Part shown: one piece after another, positions 27,809 through 37,622 of the stretch | Layout of the letters: every line of letters starts with the position of its first letter | Position numbering within the stretch: position 1 is the stretch's first letter | Assembly (NCBI GenBank): GCA_002763075.1 | Contig: PFDB01000010.1 | Coordinates: 6,553-70,552 of the forward strand | DNA: 64,000 bases | Reading direction: 5' to 3' | Origin: Candidatus Pacearchaeota archaeon CG10_big_fil_rev_8_21_14_0_10_34_76 | Lineage (GTDB): Archaea > Nanobdellota > Nanobdellia > Pacearchaeales > GW2011-AR1 | The notes under the pieces: model-generated | Databases searched by the model: none | Seen by the model: only the letters and a program-made list of their open reading frames with translations | Told to the model about the DNA's origin: nothing | Program-made: the position numbers and the translations under genes

Positions 27809-28285
27809 ATGAGTAGAAAAATGAAAGATAAATCATATTTCATAATTATTCTTGCTTTAATCGGAGCTATTATTTTACTCGGCAGTTTTGCATTTTTAGG
27901 AAAAGAGAAGATTGTTTCAGATTCTAAAGAATGTGAATGGGAAAAATACTATCAGGGGTTATATGGAAGCGCTTCAGTTTACCGAGATATAACAGGTGAA
28001 TTAAGAAAGGGTGGTTTTGTTGTGCCTTTAGATATTAGTTATGAAGAAATTAGATTCAAAGAATTAGGGGTGTTAGCATCCACCACAGAAGAAAATAGTA
28101 GGTTTATGTTAAATGGGGTAGATTGTGGGGTGCTAACTAGAGATATATTTGTATTACACGATTTTTCTGAAAGTTGTTTAAGTGCATTGAAAGAAGGACT
28201 AAATAGTTTTGATAATACTGACAGAAGAGTTGTAGTGCATGAAATTTACGTTGGTTTAGAATATAAACCAGCAAATTGTTTGTAA
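27809..28285 (+). CDS. membrane-anchored hypothetical protein
   Basis: 158 aa with an N-terminal TM helix and four Cys in the ectodomain. Confidence 0.5.
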   Translation: MSRKMKDKSYFIIILALIGAIILLGSFAFLGKEKIVSDSKECEWEKYYQGLYGSASVYRDITGELRKGGFVVPLDISYEEIRFKELGVLASTTEENSRFMLNGVDCGVLTRDIFVLHDFSESCLSALKEGLNSFDNTDRRVVVHEIYVGLEYKPANCL

Positions 28286-28382
28286 TATTTCAAGCTAAAT
28301 AGTCTTTCAGTCTGTATAATTATCGGTATAAATGAAAATAGCATCTTTTAAATAATAAAGAAGCGACAAAAATTTAATAAAA

Positions 28383-28823
28383 ATGGGAAAAATAAGAGGT
28401 AGAGAATGGTTAGGATTAATTCCCTCAATAATGACCACACTTGTTTTAGGCATTATTTGGATTATTACAGGTTTTCAAAAGCCCATCACCTATTACCTTA
28501 TTGTAATCATTCTATTTTTTATTTACTTGCTAACTCATACATTCTGGTTTTATATATTTGAATGGGGCGAGTCAAAATTGAAATATGATGAGGAGTTAAT
28601 AAAACTTGAAAAAACAGATTCTGCAATGCTTTGGGGATTTACTATTGCAACTGGATTTTCTTTTATTTTTGCAGGAATAGAGAAAATAGGAACTAATCCC
28701 ACCATAACTATTATGGGATTAATTATTTTGATTGTAGGAAATCTTATTTACTATGGGGTTTATTTTCCAAGATATAGATATTTAGTTAGAAAAAGATTAA
28801 TTGCCTTGAATAGCAAAAATTGA
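28383..28823 (+). CDS. polytopic membrane protein
   Basis: 146 aa with four hydrophobic helices. Confidence 0.5.
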   Translation: MGKIRGREWLGLIPSIMTTLVLGIIWIITGFQKPITYYLIVIILFFIYLLTHTFWFYIFEWGESKLKYDEELIKLEKTDSAMLWGFTIATGFSFIFAGIEKIGTNPTITIMGLIILIVGNLIYYGVYFPRYRYLVRKRLIALNSKN

Positions 28824-28839
28824 GCAGAATTGCTATACA

Positions 28840-28853
28840 CTGGGTGAGGGGAT
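28840..28853 (+). repeat. 14-bp direct repeat, copy 2
   Basis: ctgggtgaggggat duplicates the last 13 nt of tRNA-Tyr plus 1 nt. It is followed directly by a T8 run. Confidence 0.8.
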
Positions 28854-28860
28854 TTTTTTT
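28853..28860 (+). terminator. oligo-T terminator candidate
   Basis: Run of 8 T about 30 nt after the stop of 28383..28823. Archaeal termination typically uses oligo-T tracts. Confidence 0.35.
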
Positions 28861-28919
28861 GTGTAATTTTAAAGTAATAAAAAAGAAAGATTTATATATC
28901 TACCATTTACATTAATTTC

Positions 28920-29264
28920 ATGCCAAAAACCTTAATACTTGAAGAAACCACAGAAGGATTTGAAGTTACAAATTTTAAACCTTTCACACACGAAGTAGAC
29001 GGATTAGAATATGTCTTAGTCGAAAAGGAAAAAACTGGAGAAACCATTAACTCTAGAGATTTAGTTTTTAGAGAAACTTCTGTTTTACGAGTACCTTTAG
29101 GAACTGATGAGCACATCCCTGTCAGGTCTCACGGAGAGAGAAGAGGTTATGACTTGGCTTATTTAGTGGAAAAAATTAAAACTGTAAGCCCTTCAGCCTT
29201 TGGTAGCCCAAATAATAAAGTAGTAGTGACTTATTTTGATAGAAGAGATAAAAACCAAAAGTAA
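28920..29264 (+). CDS. hypothetical protein
   Basis: 114-aa ORF with no motif. Confidence 0.45.
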   Translation: MPKTLILEETTEGFEVTNFKPFTHEVDGLEYVLVEKEKTGETINSRDLVFRETSVLRVPLGTDEHIPVRSHGERRGYDLAYLVEKIKTVSPSAFGSPNNKVVVTYFDRRDKNQK

Positions 29265-29306
29265 TCTAGTGCGATTTCGATACACACCTTATGAGATAAT
29301 AAAAAA

Positions 29307-30299
29307 TCAAAAGGATTCTATTTCTTTAATCAATTCTTCTATAGGCACAGCATACGTGCCACTATGACTGCAAGCCACTCTAGCAGTAAGATTAGCAATC
29401 ATCCCTGCTTCTTCATAAGAGGCTTTTGAACTCAAACTTAAAGCAAGTGCAACAGTTACACTATCACCAGCCCCGACGGGAGAAGGTCTCACAACCGGCT
29501 TGGTCTCAATCCAATCTGGATTTTTGACTCCACGTCTAAAAAGATAAATGCCTTCTTTTCCAAGAGTAACGTATGCAGCATCAGATTCAACAATCCTAAA
29601 AAGAGATTCAGAAAAGAATTCTTGGTCTATTGACCTGGGTATCTTCACGATTTCAATTGCTGCATCTTTATCTGGACATATAACACTACCTCTCTTAAAA
29701 GCAAAGATATTAACAGGTTTAGGGTCAGCTATTACATCAATCCCTCTTTCATTACCTAGTGCAATGACTCTTTGAGCTAACCCAACACCATAATTTCCTC
29801 TAAACATTTCTTTATCATAATCTGAAAGAACAAACGCATCAAAAGGACCATCTTCTTCTAAACGACGATATATTTTATCAGCTGTTTCTTGTCCCAATTC
29901 TCTTATTTTTTCGCTATCTATTCTAGATAATTTTTTACCTGTGCCTTCATTTACAATGCTTTCCTTCAAGGTTGTAACACCAGAAGAGAAGAAATGTCTA
30001 AATGAAATATTGTTACGGATAGCCATAGATCTCATCTCTAAACCCTCATTATCTTGGCCAATAGTAGAGTATAGAAATGAATTCCCTGCCATCTTAGAAA
30101 TTCCATTAGCAACGTTTGCAGCTCCTCCCAAGCTATAAGAAGATCTTTTTTTATTCAGAACAGGAACAGAATGATCATCTGGAACCGACCTATTTCTCTC
30201 AGAAACTAAAGTAGTTTTATCAAGCATCACATCCCCAATAACCGCAACCTTCTTTCCAGGGAAAGCTGACACAATCTCTAAGAGCCTACTTTTATCCAT
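29307..30299 (-). CDS. PfkB-family carbohydrate kinase (RfaE/HldE kinase-domain-like)
   Basis: N-terminal VAVIGDVMLDK, GGAANVA and C-terminal VGAGDSVTVALALSL are ribokinase/PfkB signatures. Confidence 0.8.
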   Translation of the reverse strand: MDKSRLLEIVSAFPGKKVAVIGDVMLDKTTLVSERNRSVPDDHSVPVLNKKRSSYSLGGAANVANGISKMAGNSFLYSTIGQDNEGLEMRSMAIRNNISFRHFFSSGVTTLKESIVNEGTGKKLSRIDSEKIRELGQETADKIYRRLEEDGPFDAFVLSDYDKEMFRGNYGVGLAQRVIALGNERGIDVIADPKPVNIFAFKRGSVICPDKDAAIEIVKIPRSIDQEFFSESLFRIVESDAAYVTLGKEGIYLFRRGVKNPDWIETKPVVRPSPVGAGDSVTVALALSLSSKASYEEAGMIANLTARVACSHSGTYAVPIEELIKEIESF

Positions 30300-30355
30300 T
30301 CCAATACGTTTTCAAGGGAAGGTTATAAGCTTTCCCCCACTACAAAAGATATATT

Positions 30356-31321
30356 TTAATTACCAGTCAAATCCAATATAATCTCATTGTTATCTTCAAA
30401 AAGTTCATCAACATTATTCTCTTGATCAACAATAAAAATCACCTCGTTAGCAGATCTTCCTATTCTTGCATTTTCTACAGTAAGTATTTTAGTGGTACCT
30501 ATTTCTATCTCTCCAAGATCAAAAGATTCCTTCCCACCTTCAAATTTAACTATCTCACCATCAGCAAATACTCTAAGTGAAGAAGATTTCGCCACATTCA
30601 ATCCCTGATTAATTATCTTAATTTCAAAATCAAGATACCTTCCAGCTTTTTCAGCATTTACTTCACTCACCTTCAGATCAGCCAAACCAGGAGAATCATA
30701 CAATATGTTGATTGCATCTATAAAGTAATTATCAATTTGCTGAGAACAATCTAATGTAGGATAAAGGATGCTTTTTGGATTATTATTATGATCAAACCCT
30801 AAAACATGGAGAATTTCATGAAGTGCGATATTTGGCCTCTCACATTTCTCTGGTCTGAATAGAGATATTTTTCCTTCCAATATAACAGAATACAAACTAG
30901 TATTTATTATCTGAGTTGGCCCACCCTCCCCAGCTATAAAATGTCCTTTGTTTTCAGGCTCAGGCGCAATCTCAGAGCAGGTAACTATAATCTGAGGGTT
31001 ATTCAATACCTGTCTAAAATCTAACGTAGTCATTTCATCTATTATATCAAATGCCCTGAGGACTTGTCTTTGTTTGTCTAAATTGCATTCGTCCTCTACA
31101 AGATAAGTTATTTCCCTATCTGGAAATCTCATATTAGAGTAAAATTGTTTACTTCTAGAACTAGATACATTTTCATTTCCAACAATAATCTTACTATTAT
31201 TCTGCTCATTTTTCACAATAAATTGAATGCTTTCTCCAGGAAGGTTGATATAAAAAAGGTAAAGCGCTGCTCCAAGTAAGCCTAACAGAACAACCAATAT
31301 AATTACATCTAAAACCTTCAT
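30356..31321 (-). CDS. membrane-anchored zinc metalloprotease (metzincin-type HExxHxxGxxH) with a C-terminal CARDB-like domain
   Basis: ALHEILHVLGFDHNN zinc motif. Start set to ATG 31321 (MKVLDVIILV...), which has a TATA-like element 21 nt upstream; the listed start at 31384 would overlap the divergent gene. Confidence 0.75.
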   Translation of the reverse strand: MKVLDVIILVVLLGLLGAALYLFYINLPGESIQFIVKNEQNNSKIIVGNENVSSSRSKQFYSNMRFPDREITYLVEDECNLDKQRQVLRAFDIIDEMTTLDFRQVLNNPQIIVTCSEIAPEPENKGHFIAGEGGPTQIINTSLYSVILEGKISLFRPEKCERPNIALHEILHVLGFDHNNNPKSILYPTLDCSQQIDNYFIDAINILYDSPGLADLKVSEVNAEKAGRYLDFEIKIINQGLNVAKSSSLRVFADGEIVKFEGGKESFDLGEIEIGTTKILTVENARIGRSANEVIFIVDQENNVDELFEDNNEIILDLTGN

Positions 31322-31372
31322 TAAACTATTAAAAGAACTAAGATATTTAAAACTTACAATACTAAACTTGTA

Positions 31373-31603
31373 ATGAAAAAACAAAAATTATATTTATATT
31401 TTGGAATTGGAATCTTTTTAGCTCTAACTTTCTCGTACTTCATTAAAATACCCTTAAACTCTGGATCAAATTACGTCACCACAACATCTATTCTTGGATT
31501 ACTAATGTTTTATAATCCATTCATTTTAGGTGCATACATCGTTATAGCCACAATTCTCATATATAACGGGATAAAAAAACATGACTCTCAAAAATGTGAT
31601 TAA
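31373..31603 (+). CDS. small membrane protein
   Basis: 76 aa, three hydrophobic segments. TATA-like ATTTAAA (31345-31351) lies 21 nt upstream. First gene of the plus-strand redox module. Confidence 0.5.
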   Translation: MKKQKLYLYFGIGIFLALTFSYFIKIPLNSGSNYVTTTSILGLLMFYNPFILGAYIVIATILIYNGIKKHDSQKCD

Positions 31604-32150
31604 CTCTTGGAAGCTCGTTTTTAAGGATAAAAAATATATCTTTCTATCAATCATAGTGGCAATCCTTTTTTATTCTATAAATGTTCTAATAAATGGCTAT
31701 AAGACTATCTTTTCCACTTATAATCTCCTAGGAATTTCAGAAGCAATAACAATATTTTTTGCCCTATCAACAGCCCTTAGGAGTTCAATAGAACTTCACT
31801 CATTTGTTAGTCTTATTGCAACAAGTATCTTGCTTGGGACTCTAGCAAGTTTAATCTTTTATAAGATAAATGTAATGAAAGAGCATAACACCACTAAATC
31901 AGGAGCACTAGCTTCAATAGGAGTGTTTCTAGCCGCTTTGGCCCCAGGATGCGCAGTATGTGGCATTGGTCTCATATCTATTCTTGGATTGAGCGGAATC
32001 ATAGCCACATTGCTTCCATTTGACGGTCTAGAGATATCTATTTTTGCGGTAATTATATTAATTTTTGCAAATTGGAAGATATCAAAAGATTTATTAGTGT
32101 GCAAAATCAATAAAAAATACAACGAGAAGATGAAAGGAGGAATTAAATAA
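31581..32150 (+). CDS. polytopic membrane protein with an intramembrane CxxC (paralog A1)
   Basis: ~5 TM helices. ...LAALAPGCAVCGIGLISILGLSGIIATLLPFDGLEISIF... plus a distal Cys (LLVCKIN). The stop abuts the start of the DsbA-like gene. Confidence 0.7.
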   Translation: MTLKNVINSWKLVFKDKKYIFLSIIVAILFYSINVLINGYKTIFSTYNLLGISEAITIFFALSTALRSSIELHSFVSLIATSILLGTLASLIFYKINVMKEHNTTKSGALASIGVFLAALAPGCAVCGIGLISILGLSGIIATLLPFDGLEISIFAVIILIFANWKISKDLLVCKINKKYNEKMKGGIK

Positions 32151-32852
32151 ATGAGCGAAGAAAACAAAGGAACAATAACGATAAAGAAAGACACCTTATG
32201 GAAATATGCTACATTCAGCTTGCTTGGCATTATAGTTTTAGGAGCAATATTTTTCATATTGCCTGGAAACAGCCCAACAGGAAATGTAGTTGCAGATGGA
32301 GGCCAGCAGATAGTGACTGCTAAAGTCCAGATCACAGAAGCAGACCATATACTTGGAAACCCTAATGCTCCAGTGATAATTGTGGAATATTCAGACTATG
32401 AATGTCCTTTCTGTGAAAGATTCCATAGTGAGACTTTTGGCCAAATAAAAAGCCAGTATATTGATACAGGAAAAGTTGCTTTTATCTATAGGCACTTCCC
32501 ATTAAATTTCCATCCTAATGCACAGAAAGCGGCAGAAGCTTCTGAATGTGCAGCTGAGCAAGAAAAGTTCTGGGAGATGCATGAAATGCTTTTTGAATCA
32601 GGAGTTCAAGGAGGAGTCCAAACATACATTACTTATGCGACGGTACTTGGATTGAACACAGAGCAGTTTAGCGAATGTCTTAATTCAGGAAAGTATGTTT
32701 CAAGAATACAAGCAGATATGACACAAGGACAGAAAGAAAAAATATCTGGAACACCTGGATTCTTTATAGGGAAAGAAGGCAAAGATTACCAACTTGTAAG
32801 TGGAGCACAACCTTTCAATAATTTCAAGCAAGTAATAGACTCAAAGCTTTAA
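32151..32852 (+). CDS. membrane-anchored DsbA-like thiol:disulfide oxidoreductase (paralog B1)
   Basis: N-terminal TM helix, then a thioredoxin fold with active site YSDYECPFCERFH. Paralog of 40168..40914. Confidence 0.85.
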   Translation: MSEENKGTITIKKDTLWKYATFSLLGIIVLGAIFFILPGNSPTGNVVADGGQQIVTAKVQITEADHILGNPNAPVIIVEYSDYECPFCERFHSETFGQIKSQYIDTGKVAFIYRHFPLNFHPNAQKAAEASECAAEQEKFWEMHEMLFESGVQGGVQTYITYATVLGLNTEQFSECLNSGKYVSRIQADMTQGQKEKISGTPGFFIGKEGKDYQLVSGAQPFNNFKQVIDSKL

Positions 32853-32936
32853 ACATAATTTATTTTTTTATTTTTTATTCCTTATCCTTGGGAAACAAAT
32901 ATAAAGGAGAAGAAATTCATTAAAAATGTCTTAAAA

Positions 32937-33440
32937 ATGGCAAAACCAAAATGTGAAATATGTGACAGGGAATTCAAAAATCAGGAAGCTTTAGAGTTTC
33001 ACAATCAAGCAAAGCATCCTTCAAGTTCTCCACAAAAGTCAACAAAATCAATTAAGGGCTCTAAGAAAGCAATTGCATGGGCAGTTGGCCTTATTATAAT
33101 AGTTGGAATAATTGCTTTGATCATTTTTTCATCATCAGGCGCAGAAGGAAAATATGATACCTTCTCTCAATGTATCGCAAATAGTGGAGCAGTAATGTAC
33201 GGAGCTTATTGGTGTCCCCATTGTCAAGACCAAAAAGAAATGTTTGGAAAAAGTTGGGAACACGTAAACGATATCGAATGCTCTCTTCCTAACAGAGCTG
33301 GACAAACAGCAGAATGTAATGAGGCAGGCATTCAGTCTTATCCAACATGGGAATTTGCAGACGGAAGTAGGCAGACAGGCGTATTGTCATTCCAGCAACT
33401 CAGCCAATTAACTGGCTGTCCAGTTGTACAGGATGAATAA
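32937..33440 (+). CDS. C2H2 zinc finger - TM helix - thioredoxin-like (CPHC) ectodomain protein
   Basis: KCEICDREFKNQEALEFHNQAKH fits C-X2-C-X12-H-X4-H with the conserved F and L. It is followed by one TM helix (AIAWAVGLIIIVGIIALIIF) and MYGAYWCPHCQDQKEMFG ... SYPTW, which resembles the Trx-like domain fused to cyanobacterial VKOR. Confidence 0.8.
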   Translation: MAKPKCEICDREFKNQEALEFHNQAKHPSSSPQKSTKSIKGSKKAIAWAVGLIIIVGIIALIIFSSSGAEGKYDTFSQCIANSGAVMYGAYWCPHCQDQKEMFGKSWEHVNDIECSLPNRAGQTAECNEAGIQSYPTWEFADGSRQTGVLSFQQLSQLTGCPVVQDE

Positions 33441-33632
33441 ATTCTTTTAACATGAGGTTTTGTGCTTGATGAAATAGGTATTAGAAAAAGTTTTCAGGGC
33501 ATTTCAGAACCTCTTTGATTTTATCCTTGTACTTTCTTTCCAATTTATCTGACTGCTTCTTAGCCTCCAAAAATTTAGCTATTTGATTAAATCCATTTAC
33601 TCGGTAGCAAGCTGAAAAATTAGGTTCTTGAT

Positions 33633-34184
33633 TTAGTTTCTTCTACTCATAAACCACAATACAATTATTCCTAAAAATGCAGTAAATGCCATCATTGGAA
33701 TTGTAATATATCCAAATTCTGCAAAGAATGATTCAGAACACGACGCACTATATCCCAACGCAGAACAAGGAAGGTCAACAGGATTCTCAGATGTCTGGTT
33801 ATAATAATGGAATCCAGCTATCAAAAGGCCAATCACTGAAAGCATTACAAGATAAGGCATTATCCTTCTTCTTTCTTTCCTTATTAATGCCATTCCTGCT
33901 ATGAAAACCATGGGATACATAAATATTCTTTGATACCAGCATAATGTACAAGGGGCAAACTTCAATAACTCAGAAAAAATCAAGCTTCCAACCATTGCTG
34001 TCAAGGATATAATAAACATAAACAATAGTCCTCTTTTTCCAAAGAATTTCCATAATTTATCTCCAAATCTCTTTCCAGAAGCCTTGAAAATTACCCAATC
34101 TAACAGATAAGCAACTATTACAACTTGTGCTATCAATGTGAGCACTGCAAAGATTTTTATCACACTTTGATCCCAAAATACCAT
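33633..34184 (-). CDS. DsbB-family disulfide bond formation protein (BdbC type)
   Basis: PCTLCWYQRIFMYP active-site motif, a second Cys pair (CSALGYSASC), and four or five TM helices. Confidence 0.85.
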   Translation of the reverse strand: MVFWDQSVIKIFAVLTLIAQVVIVAYLLDWVIFKASGKRFGDKLWKFFGKRGLLFMFIISLTAMVGSLIFSELLKFAPCTLCWYQRIFMYPMVFIAGMALIRKERRRIMPYLVMLSVIGLLIAGFHYYNQTSENPVDLPCSALGYSASCSESFFAEFGYITIPMMAFTAFLGIIVLWFMSRRN

Positions 34185-34220
34185 ATCTCAAAAAACAAAC
34201 TAGTGTTTATAAATTATTTT

Positions 34221-34235
34221 ATGAACCTAGTTCAT
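34221..34235 (-). promoter_or_regulatory. inverted-repeat operator candidate in the DsbB-like promoter
   Basis: ATGAAC-CTA-GTTCAT (6-3-6 perfect inverted repeat). Minus-sense layout: operator - 11 nt - TTATAAA - 21 nt - ATG(34184). Confidence 0.5.
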
Positions 34236-34247
34236 GAATTATTAAGG

Positions 34248-36332
34248 CTATATTCTCGCCCTTCTCAATAAGTTTGCATTACTCACAACAGTAATACTTG
34301 AAGCAGCCATCGCAATTTCTGCCATTATGGGATGTAATAGTCCAGCAATCGCAACAGGAATAGCAACAACATTATAAGCAAATGCCCAAAACAGATTCTG
34401 TTTTATCTTCCTGAATGTAGCTTTACTCAAGTTGATTGCTTCTACAACTCCAACTAAACTTCCCTTAACAAGCACAAGATCTCCTGCCTCAATTGCAATA
34501 TCAGTTCCTGTTCCCATTGCAATACCCACATTACTTTGTTTTAGAGCAGGAGCATCGTTAACTCCATCTCCTACAAACGCAACAAATCCCTCTTTCTGCA
34601 ACCTTTCAACTTCTTTTGCCTTATCTCCTGGCAAAACATTAGCAATGACTTGAGTTATTCCAACCTGAGAAGCAATAGCCTTTGCAGTTCTTTCATTATC
34701 CCCAGTAATCATAACCGTCTTGTAACCTTTTTCATTTAACATTCTTATTGCTTGAATAGAGTCTTCTTTTACTGCATCAGAAACAGCAATCACTCCAATA
34801 ATTTTTCCAGAAGAGGAAACAATCATTGTTGTTTTCCCTTTTTCCTCAAAACCTTCAATAATTTTTTCAAAACCTTTTAATGAAATCTTTCTTTCATTCA
34901 TCAATCTAGCATTTCCAATTACTATCTTCTTTCCAGTAAGAGTTCCTTCGACACCCCTACCCCTAAGAATCTTGAAGCCTTTCACATTCCCGTGTTTCTT
35001 AAGACCTGCTTTATCAACAATTGCCTTTGCAATAGGATGTTCGCTTAACTTCTCAAGTGATGCTGCGATTTCAAGTAATTTCTTTTCTCCAATCTTAGAA
35101 TAAATATCTGTAACTTCTGGCTTTCCTTTAGTTATTGTTCCAGTCTTATCAAATACAATTGTCTTCACTTGTTTCATTGTCTGAATAGCTTCTCCCTTTC
35201 TTATCAAAATTCCTCTTTTAGCACCCATTCCGCTTCCAACCATCAATGAAATAGGCACAGCAAGCCCCAAAGAACAAGGACATGCAATAACAAGCACAGA
35301 AATTGCAACCCCAAGTGCTCTACTCAGCTCACCAGTAAAAAACCACCAATTCACAAAACTAAGCAAAGCAATTATCAATATGATTGGTACAAAAACTCCA
35401 GTAATTTTATCCGCTAATCTCTGTATAGGCACCTTTGTCCCTTGTGCTTCCTCAACAAGTTCAATAACATGAGCAAGGAAAGTGTCTTTTCCAATTTTTG
35501 TTGCTTTAACATAAAGTATTCCGTCTTGGTTTATAGTTGCTCCAATAACCTTATCTCCCTTTGTCTTATCAATAGGTAAGCTCTCTCCGGTAACCATACT
35601 TTCATCAACAGCGCTTTCTCCTTTCACAACTTCTCCATCAGTAGGAATTTTTTCTCCAGGTTTTATTATCATAACATCTCCTACTTTCACTTCAGAAATA
35701 TCAATCTCTATCTCCTCCTTTCCTCTCAGCACTCTTGCCTTTTTAGCGCCGAGTTCAAGTAATTTTTTTATTTCCTGTGAAGCTCTTCCTTTTGCCTTTG
35801 CTTCAATATATTTTCCTGTAACAAAAATGGCCATAATCATACTTGCAACTCCAGAATAATCAGCAACAAACTCAAAATAACTAAAGAACCCTGTCAAATA
35901 AGCAATGACTGTTCCAAGAGCGATAAGAGAATCCATGTTAAAATAGAATGTATAGAACCCACGTAATCCACCTCGTATAGTACTCCATCCAAAAATAAAC
36001 ACCACCGGGAAACCCAATATAAGAAGCACAGGAATCATCCAACCCATAGGCAAGATATCGATTCCAAATACTCTATCTAAAATCATTAGAATAGCAACAG
36101 GAATTGCAAATATCCAACTCCCAATCAGCTTTCTTTTCCAGCTTCGCATCTCAAGCTCTTCAACACTACTCTCTTGAACTTTAGCATGATCGGCATGTTC
36201 ATCATGAGACATTCCTTTCATATTTTCATGACTCTTCATCTTTCCATTCTTCATCCCTTTCATATCATGTCCACTCATGTCCATCCCTTCATGATGCTTA
36301 TGATCCATATTAGGACTATCTGTTTTTTTCAT
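34248..36332 (-). CDS. copA: copper-translocating P1B-type ATPase
   Basis: CPC motif ([12 protein letters not shown]), DKTGTIT, MITGDN and [10 protein letters not shown]. The N-terminus is His/Met-rich ([39 protein letters not shown]) instead of an HMA domain. Confidence 0.93.
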   Translation of the reverse strand: MKKTDSPNMDHKHHEGMDMSGHDMKGMKNGKMKSHENMKGMSHDEHADHAKVQESSVEELEMRSWKRKLIGSWIFAIPVAILMILDRVFGIDILPMGWMIPVLLILGFPVVFIFGWSTIRGGLRGFYTFYFNMDSLIALGTVIAYLTGFFSYFEFVADYSGVASMIMAIFVTGKYIEAKAKGRASQEIKKLLELGAKKARVLRGKEEIEIDISEVKVGDVMIIKPGEKIPTDGEVVKGESAVDESMVTGESLPIDKTKGDKVIGATINQDGILYVKATKIGKDTFLAHVIELVEEAQGTKVPIQRLADKITGVFVPIILIIALLSFVNWWFFTGELSRALGVAISVLVIACPCSLGLAVPISLMVGSGMGAKRGILIRKGEAIQTMKQVKTIVFDKTGTITKGKPEVTDIYSKIGEKKLLEIAASLEKLSEHPIAKAIVDKAGLKKHGNVKGFKILRGRGVEGTLTGKKIVIGNARLMNERKISLKGFEKIIEGFEEKGKTTMIVSSSGKIIGVIAVSDAVKEDSIQAIRMLNEKGYKTVMITGDNERTAKAIASQVGITQVIANVLPGDKAKEVERLQKEGFVAFVGDGVNDAPALKQSNVGIAMGTGTDIAIEAGDLVLVKGSLVGVVEAINLSKATFRKIKQNLFWAFAYNVVAIPVAIAGLLHPIMAEIAMAASSITVVSNANLLRRARI

Positions 36333-36334
36333 TT

Positions 36335-36793
36335 TTACAAATCTTTCCTCATCCTTAATTTATTATCACCATTTTTGTAATGATTTTTCTTAATATCAAT
36401 TACATAAAACCCAGTTTGATTGTACAAGGAGATTGCCTTAAAATTCCTTGACCAAACATTGAGCAAGATACCCTTTGAACTATTTTTCTTAGCCAAGCTT
36501 ATGACTTTTTTAATTAATAACTTGGAATATCCCTTTCCTTGAAAACCTTTTCTAACGGCCATGTTATCTAATTCGGTTTCTTTATTTTCATGAGACAGGG
36601 CAATGTAACCTATGCCAATTTTGTTATTTTCAATAATGTAAACTTCATCTTTCCATTTACTAAAAATTTTGTTAACAAGAATCCCACAATCTTTTTTGTT
36701 CTTATTCCATCTATATCCACTTTCCCACTCTATCTCTGAGATTTCATCAGCATCCTTAATTGTTGCTTTTCTTAACTTCATCTTATTCCACAC
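36335..36793 (-). CDS. GNAT family N-acetyltransferase
   Basis: [17 protein letters not shown] acetyl-CoA binding motif; ~150 aa. Confidence 0.8.
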   Translation of the reverse strand: MWNKMKLRKATIKDADEISEIEWESGYRWNKNKKDCGILVNKIFSKWKDEVYIIENNKIGIGYIALSHENKETELDNMAVRKGFQGKGYSKLLIKKVISLAKKNSSKGILLNVWSRNFKAISLYNQTGFYVIDIKKNHYKNGDNKLRMRKDL

Positions 36794-36995
36794 TCACAAC
36801 TTTATAACCAACTTTTGCAACTGCCTTTCTCATATCTTCTTCAGATGTCTTGTCCTCACACTCAACAAAAGCCTTATTTGTCACAGCACTCACACTACAC
36901 TCCTTAACTCCAGAAACTTTTCTCAGGCTTCTCTCTATGTTACTAGCGCAGGAAGCACAGTGCATCCCACTAATTGATATTTTTACTTTTTTCAT
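36783..36995 (-). CDS. copZ: HMA-domain copper chaperone
   Basis: 70 aa with the ISGMHCASCASNIE (MxCxxC) motif. Confidence 0.9.
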   Translation of the reverse strand: MKKVKISISGMHCASCASNIERSLRKVSGVKECSVSAVTNKAFVECEDKTSEEDMRKAVAKVGYKVVSVE

Positions 36996-37014
36996 TTTGT
37001 TTTGCCTCCTTTCA

Positions 37015-37350
37015 TCATTCTTTAATTCCTAGAAGATTATACAATCCTCCCTCTAGATTCACAACATTAGTATATCCCTTTTCTAAAAGCAGACTACAAA
37101 CATACCTTGAAGCATTTCCTCTTCGGCAATAAACAAGCATTTTTGTGTTTTTATCACTAGGCAATTTATCAGCATAATCATCTAAATTATCACTCTCCAT
37201 GACTAAATCAGTCCCCTCCAAAACTTTTGGATAATCAATTGGAGCCCTTATAACAAAAACTCCTGGCTCTTTCATCAATTTAACAAATTCCTCAGGGTTC
37301 ACGGACAAGTAAGTTACTCTTCCATCTATGTTCATCATCTTTTCATTCAT
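37015..37350 (-). CDS. single-domain rhodanese-like sulfurtransferase
   Basis: Active-site loop YCRRGNASR and C-terminal NLEGGL. Confidence 0.8.
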   Translation of the reverse strand: MNEKMMNIDGRVTYLSVNPEEFVKLMKEPGVFVIRAPIDYPKVLEGTDLVMESDNLDDYADKLPSDKNTKMLVYCRRGNASRYVCSLLLEKGYTNVVNLEGGLYNLLGIKE

Positions 37351-37364
37351 ATTATTCTTAATGA

Positions 37365-37622
37365 CTACTTTCTCCTCCTGTTATTAGATGAGTTGCCTTG
37401 AAGCTGCTGAACAAGCCAAACTATCAACAAAACTAATGCAACTAAAAAAACAAGCATAAAAATCCAGCCGAATGCCATTCCTCCCCAAGAGCCCATCATT
37501 CCCCAGCCATAGTTTGAACCCATCATTCCTCCCCATCCACCAAATGGCATTATAAATAGGAAAAATGCAAGTACAATCACAAGAACTACAATCCATGTAG
37601 TGGAATTATTATTTTTCGCCAT
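37365..37622 (-). CDS. small Gly/Met/Trp-rich membrane protein
   Basis: 85 aa: TM helix, GGWGGMMGSNYGWGMMGSWGGMAFGW, TM helix. Extended SD AAGGAGGCGAT lies before the ATG. Confidence 0.65.
   Translation of the reverse strand: MAKNNNSTTWIVVLVIVLAFFLFIMPFGGWGGMMGSNYGWGMMGSWGGMAFGWIFMLVFLVALVLLIVWLVQQLQGNSSNNRRRK

Noticed and set aside
37384-37596. 70-aa alternative-frame ORF within the Gly/Met/Trp-rich peptide gene
   Set aside because: It is on the same strand but out of frame. The 85-aa frame has the SD-ATG context and a coherent TM-loop-TM layout.
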